Below are positions 8,302 through 15,962 of a stretch of DNA of 32,000 nt, piece after piece. Made by a program: the position numbers and the translations under genes. The DNA comes from an uncultured archaeon. Lineage in GTDB: Archaea; Iainarchaeota; Iainarchaeia; Iainarchaeales; DATDZZ01. The notes under the pieces are model-generated. The model was given only the letters and a program-made list of their open reading frames with translations, was not told the DNA's origin and did no database searches. Position 1 is the first letter of the stretch; the number at the start of each line of letters is the position of its first letter. The stretch spans positions 1 to 32,000 of the forward strand of contig CAYJVY010000011.1 in NCBI GenBank assembly GCA_964373795.1. The letters are read 5' to 3'.

Positions 8302-8871
8302 TTACATTAAAGGCTCTCTATGCGGCGAACTTATTTTTCTAGGAGCAGTAAATCTTCTTCTCCCTTTACGCCTTTCTTTAACATTTTTAAGCAAATCAAG
8401 ATTTAAAACTCTTGAAAGCTTTTTTGCTTCACTAAAAGTTAAAATCTCCGGAGAGTCAAAAGATTTTGTAATTAAAAAATTTGGATCAGGGCTTGCAGCT
8501 GCTTTCAAAAGCAATGCCTTTAAAACAAGTGGCTCAAAAATTTCAGCAAAAAACTCAAAAGGAGTTTTAGGAGTTTCAATTCCAGCTAACTCAACATAAT
8601 TTTTTGCATGAAACTCAATTTTGGTTTTAAGTCGCTCTACTCTTGATTGAAAATGTTTTTGCAATTTAACTTGCCCAAGAGTAAGAGGAACTCCTAAATG
8701 ACTTAATTTAAATAATTCTAGTAAAACATCTCGTCTTGCAGTAAAGAGTTGAACTATTGATTGTAAAACCATTCTTTTTTCTAAATCCAAATCCATAAAA
8801 CAAGTCTTTACGGAAAGCTTTTTAATTTCCGTTGAAAGAAATAATTTAATGAAGCCAAGAAAAACACGCAA
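8302..8871 (-). CDS. Hypothetical protein with a basic C-terminus. The likely true start is MDLDLEK at nt 8796.
   Basis: Long ORF with no recognisable motifs. The C-terminal segment KERRKGRRRFTAPRK is basic. Confidence 0.4.
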   Translation of the reverse strand: MRVFLGFIKLFLSTEIKKLSVKTCFMDLDLEKRMVLQSIVQLFTARRDVLLELFKLSHLGVPLTLGQVKLQKHFQSRVERLKTKIEFHAKNYVELAGIETPKTPFEFFAEIFEPLVLKALLLKAAASPDPNFLITKSFDSPEILTFSEAKKLSRVLNLDLLKNVKERRKGRRRFTAPRKISSPHREPLM

Positions 8872-9256
8872 TAGAAACGGATTTCCTAAAATAAAAAGAA
8901 TGCTTGACTCAGATGGACAGCTATTAATGAGAACAAACAGAAGTTCTGAAAAACCCCCAATAAATAAAAACCTTGCATTGTCAAGATTTTTTCAATCCTT
9001 AAAAGGCACTAAAGCAAGGGTGTATTTAAAACAATTATTTATTGAGGCCCTGCAAAAAAGGTTTTCAGTTTATTTAGGGCCAAGATCTGATTTAGCTTTT
9101 AAAGCATTGGAACAACCAACTCCAAATGGAGAAAACAGTTTTACTGTTAAAATAGGAATTGGAGAAGTAGGAGAAAAATTTGAACCATTTGTAGATATAA
9201 AATTTAGATTAGTGGAAAGAGAAAATATTTTTATTGAAGACGTTAAACCAATTTAA
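8849..9256 (+). CDS. Hypothetical protein.
   Basis: A 135-aa ORF divergent from 8302..8871. No recognisable motif, and the start is uncertain. Confidence 0.3.
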   Translation: MKPRKTRNRNGFPKIKRMLDSDGQLLMRTNRSSEKPPINKNLALSRFFQSLKGTKARVYLKQLFIEALQKRFSVYLGPRSDLAFKALEQPTPNGENSFTVKIGIGEVGEKFEPFVDIKFRLVERENIFIEDVKPI

Positions 9257-9322
9257 ATCAAGTTTTGTTTGCGAAAACTATTTATTTAAATAACTCCTAT
9301 TTCTTGCAATACAGGGAATTAA

Positions 9323-10696
9323 ATGAATTCATTAAATTATTTTTTTAATCCAAAAACCATTGCAATAATTGGGGCTTCAGCAGAAAAAGGATCAGTTGGA
9401 TTTACTATTCTTGAAAACTTTGTTAGATTAAAATTTAAAGGAAAATTTTTTCCAATAAATCCTCATAGAAAAAAAATTCTGGGAAAAAAATGCTTTAAAT
9501 CAATTCAAGAAATAAAAGAAGAAATTGATTTAGCAATAATTGCTACTCCTTCAAAAATAGTGCCAATTGTTTTACAAGACTGCGCGAAAAAAAAAGTTAA
9601 AGCAGTAATAATTATTTCAGCAGGATTTGCAGAAATAGGAGAAAAAGAATTAACTCAAAGAGTTAAAGAAATCATTCAAGCCAATCCAGAAATGAGAGTA
9701 ATAGGGCCAAACTGTTTAGGGATCATGTATCAAAAAAATAAAGTTGACTCATTGTTTTTACCTATTACAAGATTAGAAAGACCTAGAAATGGAGTAGTGT
9801 CATTCATTTCTCAATCAGGAGCTTTAGGTTCTGCAATTTTAGATTGGGCTTCTTTAAGGGATTATGGAATAAATAAATTTATTTCATATGGAAATGCAAT
9901 GGATATAGATGAAGCAGATTTGTTAGAGTTTTTAGGACAAGATCCTGAAACAAAAGTAATTTTGTCATACTTGGAAGGAGTAAAAAATGGAAGAAAATTT
10001 TTTGAAATAGCTAACAAGGTTTGCAGAAAAAAGCCTACAATTGTAATTAAAGGAGGAATAACTGAAGGAGGAGCAAAAGCAACTCAAAGCCATACTGGAA
10101 GCCTTGCTGGAAGCGTTGAAGTGTATAAAGCTTTATTCAAGCAAACAAGAATAATTCAAGCTGAAACAATGAAAAACATGTTTGACTATGCAAAAGCTTT
10201 TACTACAGAGCCTTCAATTAAAGGAAACAAAGTGCAAATAATTACAAATGGAGGGGGATATGGAGTACTAACAACTGATGCTGTTTTGTCTTCAGGACTG
10301 CAATTAGCTGAAATGAAGAAAAAAACTCTAACAGAATTAAAAAAGAAAATGCCTTCACATGTAATCGTTGCAAATCCAATTGATTTAACTGGAGACGCAG
10401 ATAATGAAAGGTTTAGAATTGCATTAGATGAATGCTTGAAAGATGAAAACATTGATGCAATTATTTTAATTATATTATTCCAAGTTCCAACTTTGGATAG
10501 AAGAATTGATGAAGTAATAAAAAACTCTTTAAAGAACAGAAAAAAACCTGTAATGATTTTAAGTGTTGGAGGAAAATTCGCTGCAGAACATAAAAGGCAT
10601 TTAGAACAAAATGGATTCAGCACTTTTGCTTCTCCTCAAAATGCTTCTCAAGCACTAAAAGCATTACATGAATTTTATGTGAAAAAAATAAAGTAA
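9323..10696 (+). CDS. Acetyl-CoA synthetase (ADP-forming) / NDP-forming acyl-CoA synthetase, alpha subunit (CoA-binding and CoA-ligase domains).
   Basis: FNPKTIAIIGAS..KGSVG is the N-terminal CoA-binding Rossmann motif. GPNCLGI is present. SHTGSLAGS is the phosphohistidine loop conserved in ACD-alpha and succinyl-CoA synthetase alpha. The length (457 aa) is typical of ACD alpha. Confidence 0.8.
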   Translation: MNSLNYFFNPKTIAIIGASAEKGSVGFTILENFVRLKFKGKFFPINPHRKKILGKKCFKSIQEIKEEIDLAIIATPSKIVPIVLQDCAKKKVKAVIIISAGFAEIGEKELTQRVKEIIQANPEMRVIGPNCLGIMYQKNKVDSLFLPITRLERPRNGVVSFISQSGALGSAILDWASLRDYGINKFISYGNAMDIDEADLLEFLGQDPETKVILSYLEGVKNGRKFFEIANKVCRKKPTIVIKGGITEGGAKATQSHTGSLAGSVEVYKALFKQTRIIQAETMKNMFDYAKAFTTEPSIKGNKVQIITNGGGYGVLTTDAVLSSGLQLAEMKKKTLTELKKKMPSHVIVANPIDLTGDADNERFRIALDECLKDENIDAIILIILFQVPTLDRRIDEVIKNSLKNRKKPVMILSVGGKFAAEHKRHLEQNGFSTFASPQNASQALKALHEFYVKKIK

Positions 10697-10716
10697 AAAT
10701 ATTTGGAGAATCTTTA

Positions 10717-11196
10717 ATGGAAAAAAAACTGACAGTAGGATTTTTTTCTTTCACTGGAGACGAGGGATGCATGATTGAATTCCTTGAAATTTTAAATAAT
10801 CATTACTTTGATTGGAAAAAAATTCTGGACATAAAGTATTGCAAGCAACTTAAATCAAAGAATGACTTCTCAAAACTTGACGTGGCATTTGTAGAAGGAT
10901 GTATAAGCACTTTTGCAGAAGAAGAAAAACTGAAAAAAATTAGAGAAAACTCTAAATTTGTTGTCAGCATTGGCACTTGCGCCATTAATGGCCAGCCAAG
11001 CAATTTAAGAAACTTTTTTGACGAAGAAAGAAAAAAAGAAATCCAATTCCTTTTAGATAGATTCAAACATTTAGAAAAAGTTAAAGCACCTCCAGAAATA
11101 ATAAAAGTAGATGACATAGTAAATGGTTGTCCAATGATTGAAGAACAATTTATTAATACATTAAATAAATATTTGAAGCAATTCGGAGTAATTTAA
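10717..11196 (+). CDS. [NiFe]-hydrogenase small subunit, truncated (proximal-cluster module only).
   Basis: Sequence elements are VGFFSFTGDEGCM, GTCAINGQP (compare GxCA..GG) and VNGCPM (compare PGCPP). It is only 159 aa, so there is no room for medial or distal cluster domains. It lies immediately upstream of, and abuts, the large subunit gene (TAA then ATG). Confidence 0.7.
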   Translation: MEKKLTVGFFSFTGDEGCMIEFLEILNNHYFDWKKILDIKYCKQLKSKNDFSKLDVAFVEGCISTFAEEEKLKKIRENSKFVVSIGTCAINGQPSNLRNFFDEERKKEIQFLLDRFKHLEKVKAPPEIIKVDDIVNGCPMIEEQFINTLNKYLKQFGVI

Positions 11197-12501
11197 ATGC
11201 ATGCAGAAAATTTCAGCATTAATTTAGAAAACCTTTCAAAAATAGAAGGACATACAGATTTAGAAATACTCGTAAAAAACGGTAAAGCTGAAACAATTAA
11301 ATTAAAGATAACAGAAAATAAAAGGTTTTACACTCAAGGAGTTAGAGGAAAAGATGTAAGAAATGTCCCAAACCTTGTAAGCAGAATTTGTGGAACTTGC
11401 AGTATTGCTCATTTAAGTTGTTGCACTGAAGCAGTTGAAAAAGGTTTAGGCATTACTCCAAGCAATCAAACAATGCTTTTACGAAAACTAACTTATAATG
11501 GATTAATCATAAGAGATCATGCAATGCATTTGTATCTATTTGTCTTACCAGACTTGTTTAACAAAGACTCAATACTTGAATTTGATGAAAACAACGAAGA
11601 ACAACACGAACTAGTTCATGACGCATTTGAAGTAAAAAAAGCAGGAAACGAGTTATGCAAAGTAATTGCAGGAAGAGCAATTCATGCAACTTACATGCAA
11701 GTAGGAAGTTTTATGAAAATCCCTGTAAAAGAAGAACTAATAAAAGCAAAAGAACTGCTTTTAAAAGTTCGACCAAAAGTGTTAAAACTAATAGACATAT
11801 TTTATAAATGCGATTTCTTGTTTAACAGGAATACAAATTTTGTTGCATTAGTAAACAAGCCTTTCAGCTTCCTTGAAGGCGAAATCGCAAGTTCAAGTGG
11901 AATATGTATTCCTGAAAGTCTTTACTTTGAATACCTTAAAAGAGTTGTAATTCCTTACTCCCAAGCAACAGGGTTTGAATTCAAAGGAAAAGATTACATG
12001 GTTGGAGCTCTTGCAAGACTTAATTTAAACAAGCATAATTTACATAAAGAAACCCAAAAAGACTGCATTAAATATCTAAAAGTTTTTCCAAGCAACAATA
12101 TTTATTCAAACAATCTTGCACAAGCAATAGAAATATTGCATTGCATTGATGAAAGCATTGAATTAATTGAAACAAGTACTTTTGTTTCAGAACCCAAGCC
12201 AGAAATAAAGCCAAAAGAAGCAACAGGAATAGGAGTAATTGAAGCTCCAAGAGGAACTCTTTATTACAGATTAGACATTTCAAAAGAAGGAACAGTAAAA
12301 TTTGCTGACTTAGTAATTCCTTCAGCTCAAAACCAAATAAACATGGAAAACGATGTAAAAGAATTAGTTAACACTTGCCTTGAAGAAAATCAATCAAAAG
12401 AATTCATTCAACACGAAATAGAAAAACTCATTAGGGCATACGATCCATGCATGAGTTGTGCATCGCATTTCCTTAAATTCAATTGGAAAAAAGTGAAATA
12501 A
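11197..12501 (+). CDS. [NiFe]-hydrogenase large (catalytic) subunit, group-3-like size.
   Basis: The N-terminal Ni-Fe ligand motif is RICGTCSIAH (RxCGxCxxxH). The C-terminal motif is DPCMSCASH (DPCxxCxxH), followed by a 10-residue extension (FLKFNWKKVK) of the kind removed by a maturation endopeptidase. Length is 434 aa. Confidence 0.85.
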   Translation: MHAENFSINLENLSKIEGHTDLEILVKNGKAETIKLKITENKRFYTQGVRGKDVRNVPNLVSRICGTCSIAHLSCCTEAVEKGLGITPSNQTMLLRKLTYNGLIIRDHAMHLYLFVLPDLFNKDSILEFDENNEEQHELVHDAFEVKKAGNELCKVIAGRAIHATYMQVGSFMKIPVKEELIKAKELLLKVRPKVLKLIDIFYKCDFLFNRNTNFVALVNKPFSFLEGEIASSSGICIPESLYFEYLKRVVIPYSQATGFEFKGKDYMVGALARLNLNKHNLHKETQKDCIKYLKVFPSNNIYSNNLAQAIEILHCIDESIELIETSTFVSEPKPEIKPKEATGIGVIEAPRGTLYYRLDISKEGTVKFADLVIPSAQNQINMENDVKELVNTCLEENQSKEFIQHEIEKLIRAYDPCMSCASHFLKFNWKKVK

Positions 12502-12865
12502 TTTCTTTAACTGCTTTTTCTTTGGCATAATTTGGTGGAACCCCAATAATTTTCACTGAATCAATTTTTTTCAATTTTTTTAAAAGCTTCAAGGTAAACC
12601 CTAAATCAAAATCATGTAAGGAAAACCTTTTCCCTGTTTCCAATAAATCAATATCTTTTTCAGTAAAAACAGTTACTTTTCTAATGTTTGCAACTGTGTC
12701 AAGAATTATTAGATTTCTTCCTTCTTCATCAAGCTCTTCATTTGGATCAAAAACTTTGAAGAATATTTTAGGCAAAAGTTTTCTAAGCCTTGGTAAAAGC
12801 TTTAATGGAAGAGAATCAAATTTCAATAACTCTGACCCAAAAACCAAAACCTTCAAGTACACCAT
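12479..12865 (-). CDS. Putative hydrogenase maturation endopeptidase (HybD/HycI-like).
   Basis: At 128 aa it has KVLVFGSELLKFDS (compare GN.L..D[DE]G), LIILDTV (compare the Asp ligand in xxDA) and FSLHDFDLG (compare the His ligand). Acid-Asp-His spacing resembles E. coli HybD E16/D62/H93. It is convergent with the large subunit and overlaps its 3' end by 23 nt. Motif match is from memory only. Confidence 0.5.
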   Translation of the reverse strand: MVYLKVLVFGSELLKFDSLPLKLLPRLRKLLPKIFFKVFDPNEELDEEGRNLIILDTVANIRKVTVFTEKDIDLLETGKRFSLHDFDLGFTLKLLKKLKKIDSVKIIGVPPNYAKEKAVKEIISLFSN

Positions 12866-12908
12866 AAATTTATAATTTGATTAATATTTATTAATTTGTG
12901 TATTATTA

Positions 12909-13856
12909 ATGCAAGCAATTGATTATAAAAAAGGAATAAGCTTAGTGTTACTCACGGCAATTGTAAGTGGTTTTTCAATTTTTATAAATAGCTTTGTAGT
13001 AAAAGGATTAAATCCATTTATCTTCACTACAACAAAAAACATTATTGTTGCACTTTTTTTGATTTCATTGATATTATTGTTTAAAGAATTCAATGAATTA
13101 AAAAAACTTTCAATAAAACAATGGACAAAACTTATAATAATAGGACTAATTGGAGGAAGCATTCCTTTCTGGATTTACTTTTATGCAATAAAAATAGGTT
13201 CAGAAATTTATTCAACTCCTTATGGAATTGTTGCAGGATTTTTCCACAAATCGACTCTATTTGTTTTCGTTGCAATACTTGCAACATTTTTTTTAAAAGA
13301 AAAAATTTCTAAAGAATTTATTGTGGGAGGACTACTATTACTTTTAGGAAACTATTTACTAGCTAAAAATTTTTTCACCATAGGTTTTCCAGAATTAATA
13401 GTTTTTATTGCAATAATTTTATGGGCAATTGAAAATGTTATAAGCAAATTTACTTTAAGAGAACTTTCAGGTAATCAAGTAGCATTTGGTAGAATGTTTT
13501 TTGGATCAATAATATTAATGTTAATGCTTGTAATTACTGGACAAGCAAACGAATTTCTTGCATTTGAACCAAAAACACTTTTTTGGAGTTTTATAACTGC
13601 TATTCCTTTGTTTTTATACGTGTTTTTTTGGTATAACGGATTAAAACACATTGAAGTAAGCAAGGCAACAACTATTTTAATGCTAGGACAACCAATAACT
13701 TCCCTGCTTACATTTACTTTTAACGGAGTAATGCCAAACATTCAAGAAATTATTTCAAGTACATTAATTATTAGTGGAATTATTTTAGTAATAGGTTATT
13801 CAAATATTGTTGGCTTCATTAATAAATTTCTTGCGACAAGGAGGATTACACAATAA
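12909..13856 (+). CDS. EamA/DMT-superfamily transporter (10 TM).
   Basis: At 315 aa it is strongly hydrophobic, with two roughly repeated five-helix halves and a size typical of EamA-domain permeases. Confidence 0.5.
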   Translation: MQAIDYKKGISLVLLTAIVSGFSIFINSFVVKGLNPFIFTTTKNIIVALFLISLILLFKEFNELKKLSIKQWTKLIIIGLIGGSIPFWIYFYAIKIGSEIYSTPYGIVAGFFHKSTLFVFVAILATFFLKEKISKEFIVGGLLLLLGNYLLAKNFFTIGFPELIVFIAIILWAIENVISKFTLRELSGNQVAFGRMFFGSIILMLMLVITGQANEFLAFEPKTLFWSFITAIPLFLYVFFWYNGLKHIEVSKATTILMLGQPITSLLTFTFNGVMPNIQEIISSTLIISGIILVIGYSNIVGFINKFLATRRITQ

Positions 13857-14539
13857 TTTCAATTCAAGGACTTCAAAGAAGTTGCAAAAATAGTTTTCCA
13901 ACTAATTTCAAAGAATATTGCGGGCCAAAAAATGCATTCCACGAATTCAATGAGTTCATTAATAATCCCTCCAATGAAAAAATTGAAAAAATAAAATCAT
14001 TAATAAAACAATTTCCAATACTCTATTCATATTATGAATTCATTGGAAAAAAAATTAATGCACATCCATTAGATGAAAAAGTTATAAAATACTACTGGCT
14101 TTCCGGTGAAGAAAAATTTTCAAACAAAAATGTTTTGAGATTTCTTTCAACAAAAATGATAAAAAACGGTTTAAGCAAAAAAAGAATTAAAACAATTTCT
14201 GAAAGCCTCCCTAAACAAATTCACATTGACCACTCATTTCATGTTTTAATAGTGAAATTTATAACAGAAAAAGTAGAAAAAACAATTGAAAATTTTTCAA
14301 AATGCTTAATAATGCCTGCAAGAGTTATAAAAGTTAATGAAAAAATTTCAGTAGAGGCAGTAGAACTTCAAAATATGGAAGGAAAACTTATTGAAAAGAA
14401 AAAAATAGTTGAAAACCCATTCAAAATACATTTAAAGAAAAATGAATTGGTGTCAATCCATTGGAACAACATAATAGAAAAAATTTCTAAAAAAACTGTT
14501 TCAAAACTTATAAAATCAGTTATGGAAAAATTTTCATAA
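13853..14539 (+). CDS. Conserved-looking hypothetical protein with a YCGP N-terminal motif and a HypC-like C-terminal segment. Probable non-AUG (ATA/ATT) start.
   Basis: The track ORF (14135..14539) begins at TTG, but the frame is open back to 13823 with no ATG/GTG/TTG in between. The upstream codons read ...IISIQGLQRSCKNSFPTNFKEYCGPKNAFHEF...YYWLSGEEKF. AGGAGG at 13839-13844 lies 8 nt before the in-frame ATA (13853) and 11 nt before ATT (13856). The C-terminal part reads KCLIMPARVIKVNEK...NELVSIHWNNIIEKIS. Confidence 0.45.
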   Translation: MISIQGLQRSCKNSFPTNFKEYCGPKNAFHEFNEFINNPSNEKIEKIKSLIKQFPILYSYYEFIGKKINAHPLDEKVIKYYWLSGEEKFSNKNVLRFLSTKMIKNGLSKKRIKTISESLPKQIHIDHSFHVLIVKFITEKVEKTIENFSKCLIMPARVIKVNEKISVEAVELQNMEGKLIEKKKIVENPFKIHLKKNELVSIHWNNIIEKISKKTVSKLIKSVMEKFS

Positions 14540-14546
14540 AAATCCT

Positions 14547-15299
14547 TCAATCAACTGGTTTAGCAATACTCCACATTAATTCAAAATAATCTCTATAAGA
14601 ATCAGATAAAGCAGAACTATCAATTGCTATTCCAATCCAATGATCCTCTGTTTGAAGTAAAAAACTTATTTTATTGCCATACATCCAAGTAATTGCAGGA
14701 CTCTTAAATTGTTTTGGCAACACACGTAATTTAATCATTGGATCTCTAATAACGTCTGCTCCTTCATTAAGAATATACCTAGCTTTTACTCCAAGTCTTT
14801 GCCTTTCCTTGTAATATTTTTTATGCCAAATTGGATCAATTTTTCTAAAATACCCTGAAGCCGCGCCAATTAAAACCATTTCTTTTTTTGTTACAACTGT
14901 TTGAATCATTGCATCGTTAAAAATATTCTTTAAGCCTTCCCAACCTTCAAAAACCTCTACATTAACTTTTTTTCCAGACTTTTTCTGCAAAGACTTAAAT
15001 CTAGGTAAAAAATCTTTTAACTCCGATTCAAGCTGCTTAATTCTTTCCTCTTTTGCTTTCAAAAAATCAAACAATTTTTCAACAGGAGCTGCTTTAAAGA
15101 AACGCAAATTATTTTTAATAACATAACTCGCTAAACCCAATTCTACAAGTTTATTCAAGTCATCGTAAACATTTGGCCTGGAAATTTTAACCTTTTTAGC
15201 TATTTCAGAAGCAGTTGCTTCTCCAGATTTAAGAAGAGTAAGAAATACCTCAGCCTGCTTCTTTGTTAAACCAAGCGAAACTAAAAATCCTTCTTCCAT
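14547..15299 (-). CDS. TrmB-family transcriptional regulator.
   Basis: LGLTKKQAEVFLTLLKSGEATASEIAKKVKISRPNVYDDLNKLVELGLA is the TrmB N-terminal winged-helix signature. The start is taken at MEEGF (the track ORF extends to 15314). Confidence 0.8.
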   Translation of the reverse strand: MEEGFLVSLGLTKKQAEVFLTLLKSGEATASEIAKKVKISRPNVYDDLNKLVELGLASYVIKNNLRFFKAAPVEKLFDFLKAKEERIKQLESELKDFLPRFKSLQKKSGKKVNVEVFEGWEGLKNIFNDAMIQTVVTKKEMVLIGAASGYFRKIDPIWHKKYYKERQRLGVKARYILNEGADVIRDPMIKLRVLPKQFKSPAITWMYGNKISFLLQTEDHWIGIAIDSSALSDSYRDYFELMWSIAKPVD

Positions 15300-15329
15300 T
15301 AAATAAATATACAAAACATATATTTAAAG

Positions 15330-15394
15330 TTGTTGTATGAAAATTATACTACAAAACCTTATTTTGTTTTTTAGTTGTATTTTTTTAATACAAC
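15330..15394. promoter_or_regulatory. Two related palindromic operators in the trmB divergent intergenic region.
   Basis: Site 1 (15330-15354) is TTGTTGTAT-N7-ATACTACAA. Site 2 (15374-15394) is GTTGTAT-N7-ATACAAC, which is perfect. The centres are about 42 bp apart. Confidence 0.45.
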
Positions 15395-15428
15395 ACATGA
15401 TTATTAACGCAATTTCTGCAATTTAGTT

Positions 15429-15785
15429 ATGGAATTAATGATCTTAAAAGTGTTGGGAAATTTGTTTCTTGGAAACATTGACTTTTTTGTTTCCTTGATT
15501 TTGAACAACATTTTCTTGACATTTGGATTGTTTACATACTTTGTCATTATTCAAGGAGAAAAAGCTCATTTACTTAGATTTGGAGTTTTCATGATTTTTT
15601 TATGGGGAGTGTTTGATTTTATTACAGTTAATGGAGGAATTCCTTTCAGTAGATTCAGCATGTTTTGGTATGTATTTTTAGCTCTTGGAACAGTTACAAT
15701 GACTCAAGGAACAAGGCTTGCTTCTAAAGCAACTATAATAATTATTTTATGGTATCAATCTTTTTCATTTTTTCTGGGAGGATAA
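15429..15785 (+). CDS. Small integral membrane protein (about 4 TM).
   Basis: Hydrophobic 118-aa ORF divergent from trmB. Confidence 0.45.
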   Translation: MELMILKVLGNLFLGNIDFFVSLILNNIFLTFGLFTYFVIIQGEKAHLLRFGVFMIFLWGVFDFITVNGGIPFSRFSMFWYVFLALGTVTMTQGTRLASKATIIIILWYQSFSFFLGG

Positions 15786-15786
15786 A

Positions 15787-15954
15787 ATGTTTTGGAAAAA
15801 AACCTCGAATGCATTGATTTATACTGCAAGTATTTACATATTTTATTTTGTTTCAAGTTTAAGTGGATTTAGATTGGCTTGGCAAGCATTTTCTTTAGAA
15901 GGATTTATAGCAAGTTTTTTGTTTGTTTTTACAGCTAACTGGTTGTTTAATTAA
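15787..15954 (+). CDS. Very small membrane protein (55 aa), below the ORF-track cutoff.
   Basis: The ATG lies 1 nt after the stop of the preceding ORF. Translation is MFWKKTSNALIYTASIYIFYFVSSLSGFRLAWQAFSLEGFIASFLFVFTANWLFN, with two hydrophobic segments. Confidence 0.3.
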   Translation: MFWKKTSNALIYTASIYIFYFVSSLSGFRLAWQAFSLEGFIASFLFVFTANWLFN

Positions 15955-15962
15955 GCTCAAAT

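Noticed and set aside
10186-11117. Antisense ORFs 10186..10623 (-) and 10803..11117 (-).
   Set aside because: They are embedded in the ACD-alpha and hydrogenase small-subunit genes, which carry diagnostic motifs. Their translations are low-complexity.
12923-13741. ORFs 12923..13162 (-), 13121..13312 (+) and 13475..13741 (-).
   Set aside because: These are off-frame or antisense readings within the EamA-type transporter gene.
13823-13856. A simple EamA/downstream-ORF fusion by frameshift.
   Set aside because: It cannot be excluded, but the two products look unrelated (a polytopic transporter versus a soluble Cys-motif protein). A perfect AGGAGG with suitable spacing favours independent initiation. 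It is kept as an alternative within the corresponding finding.
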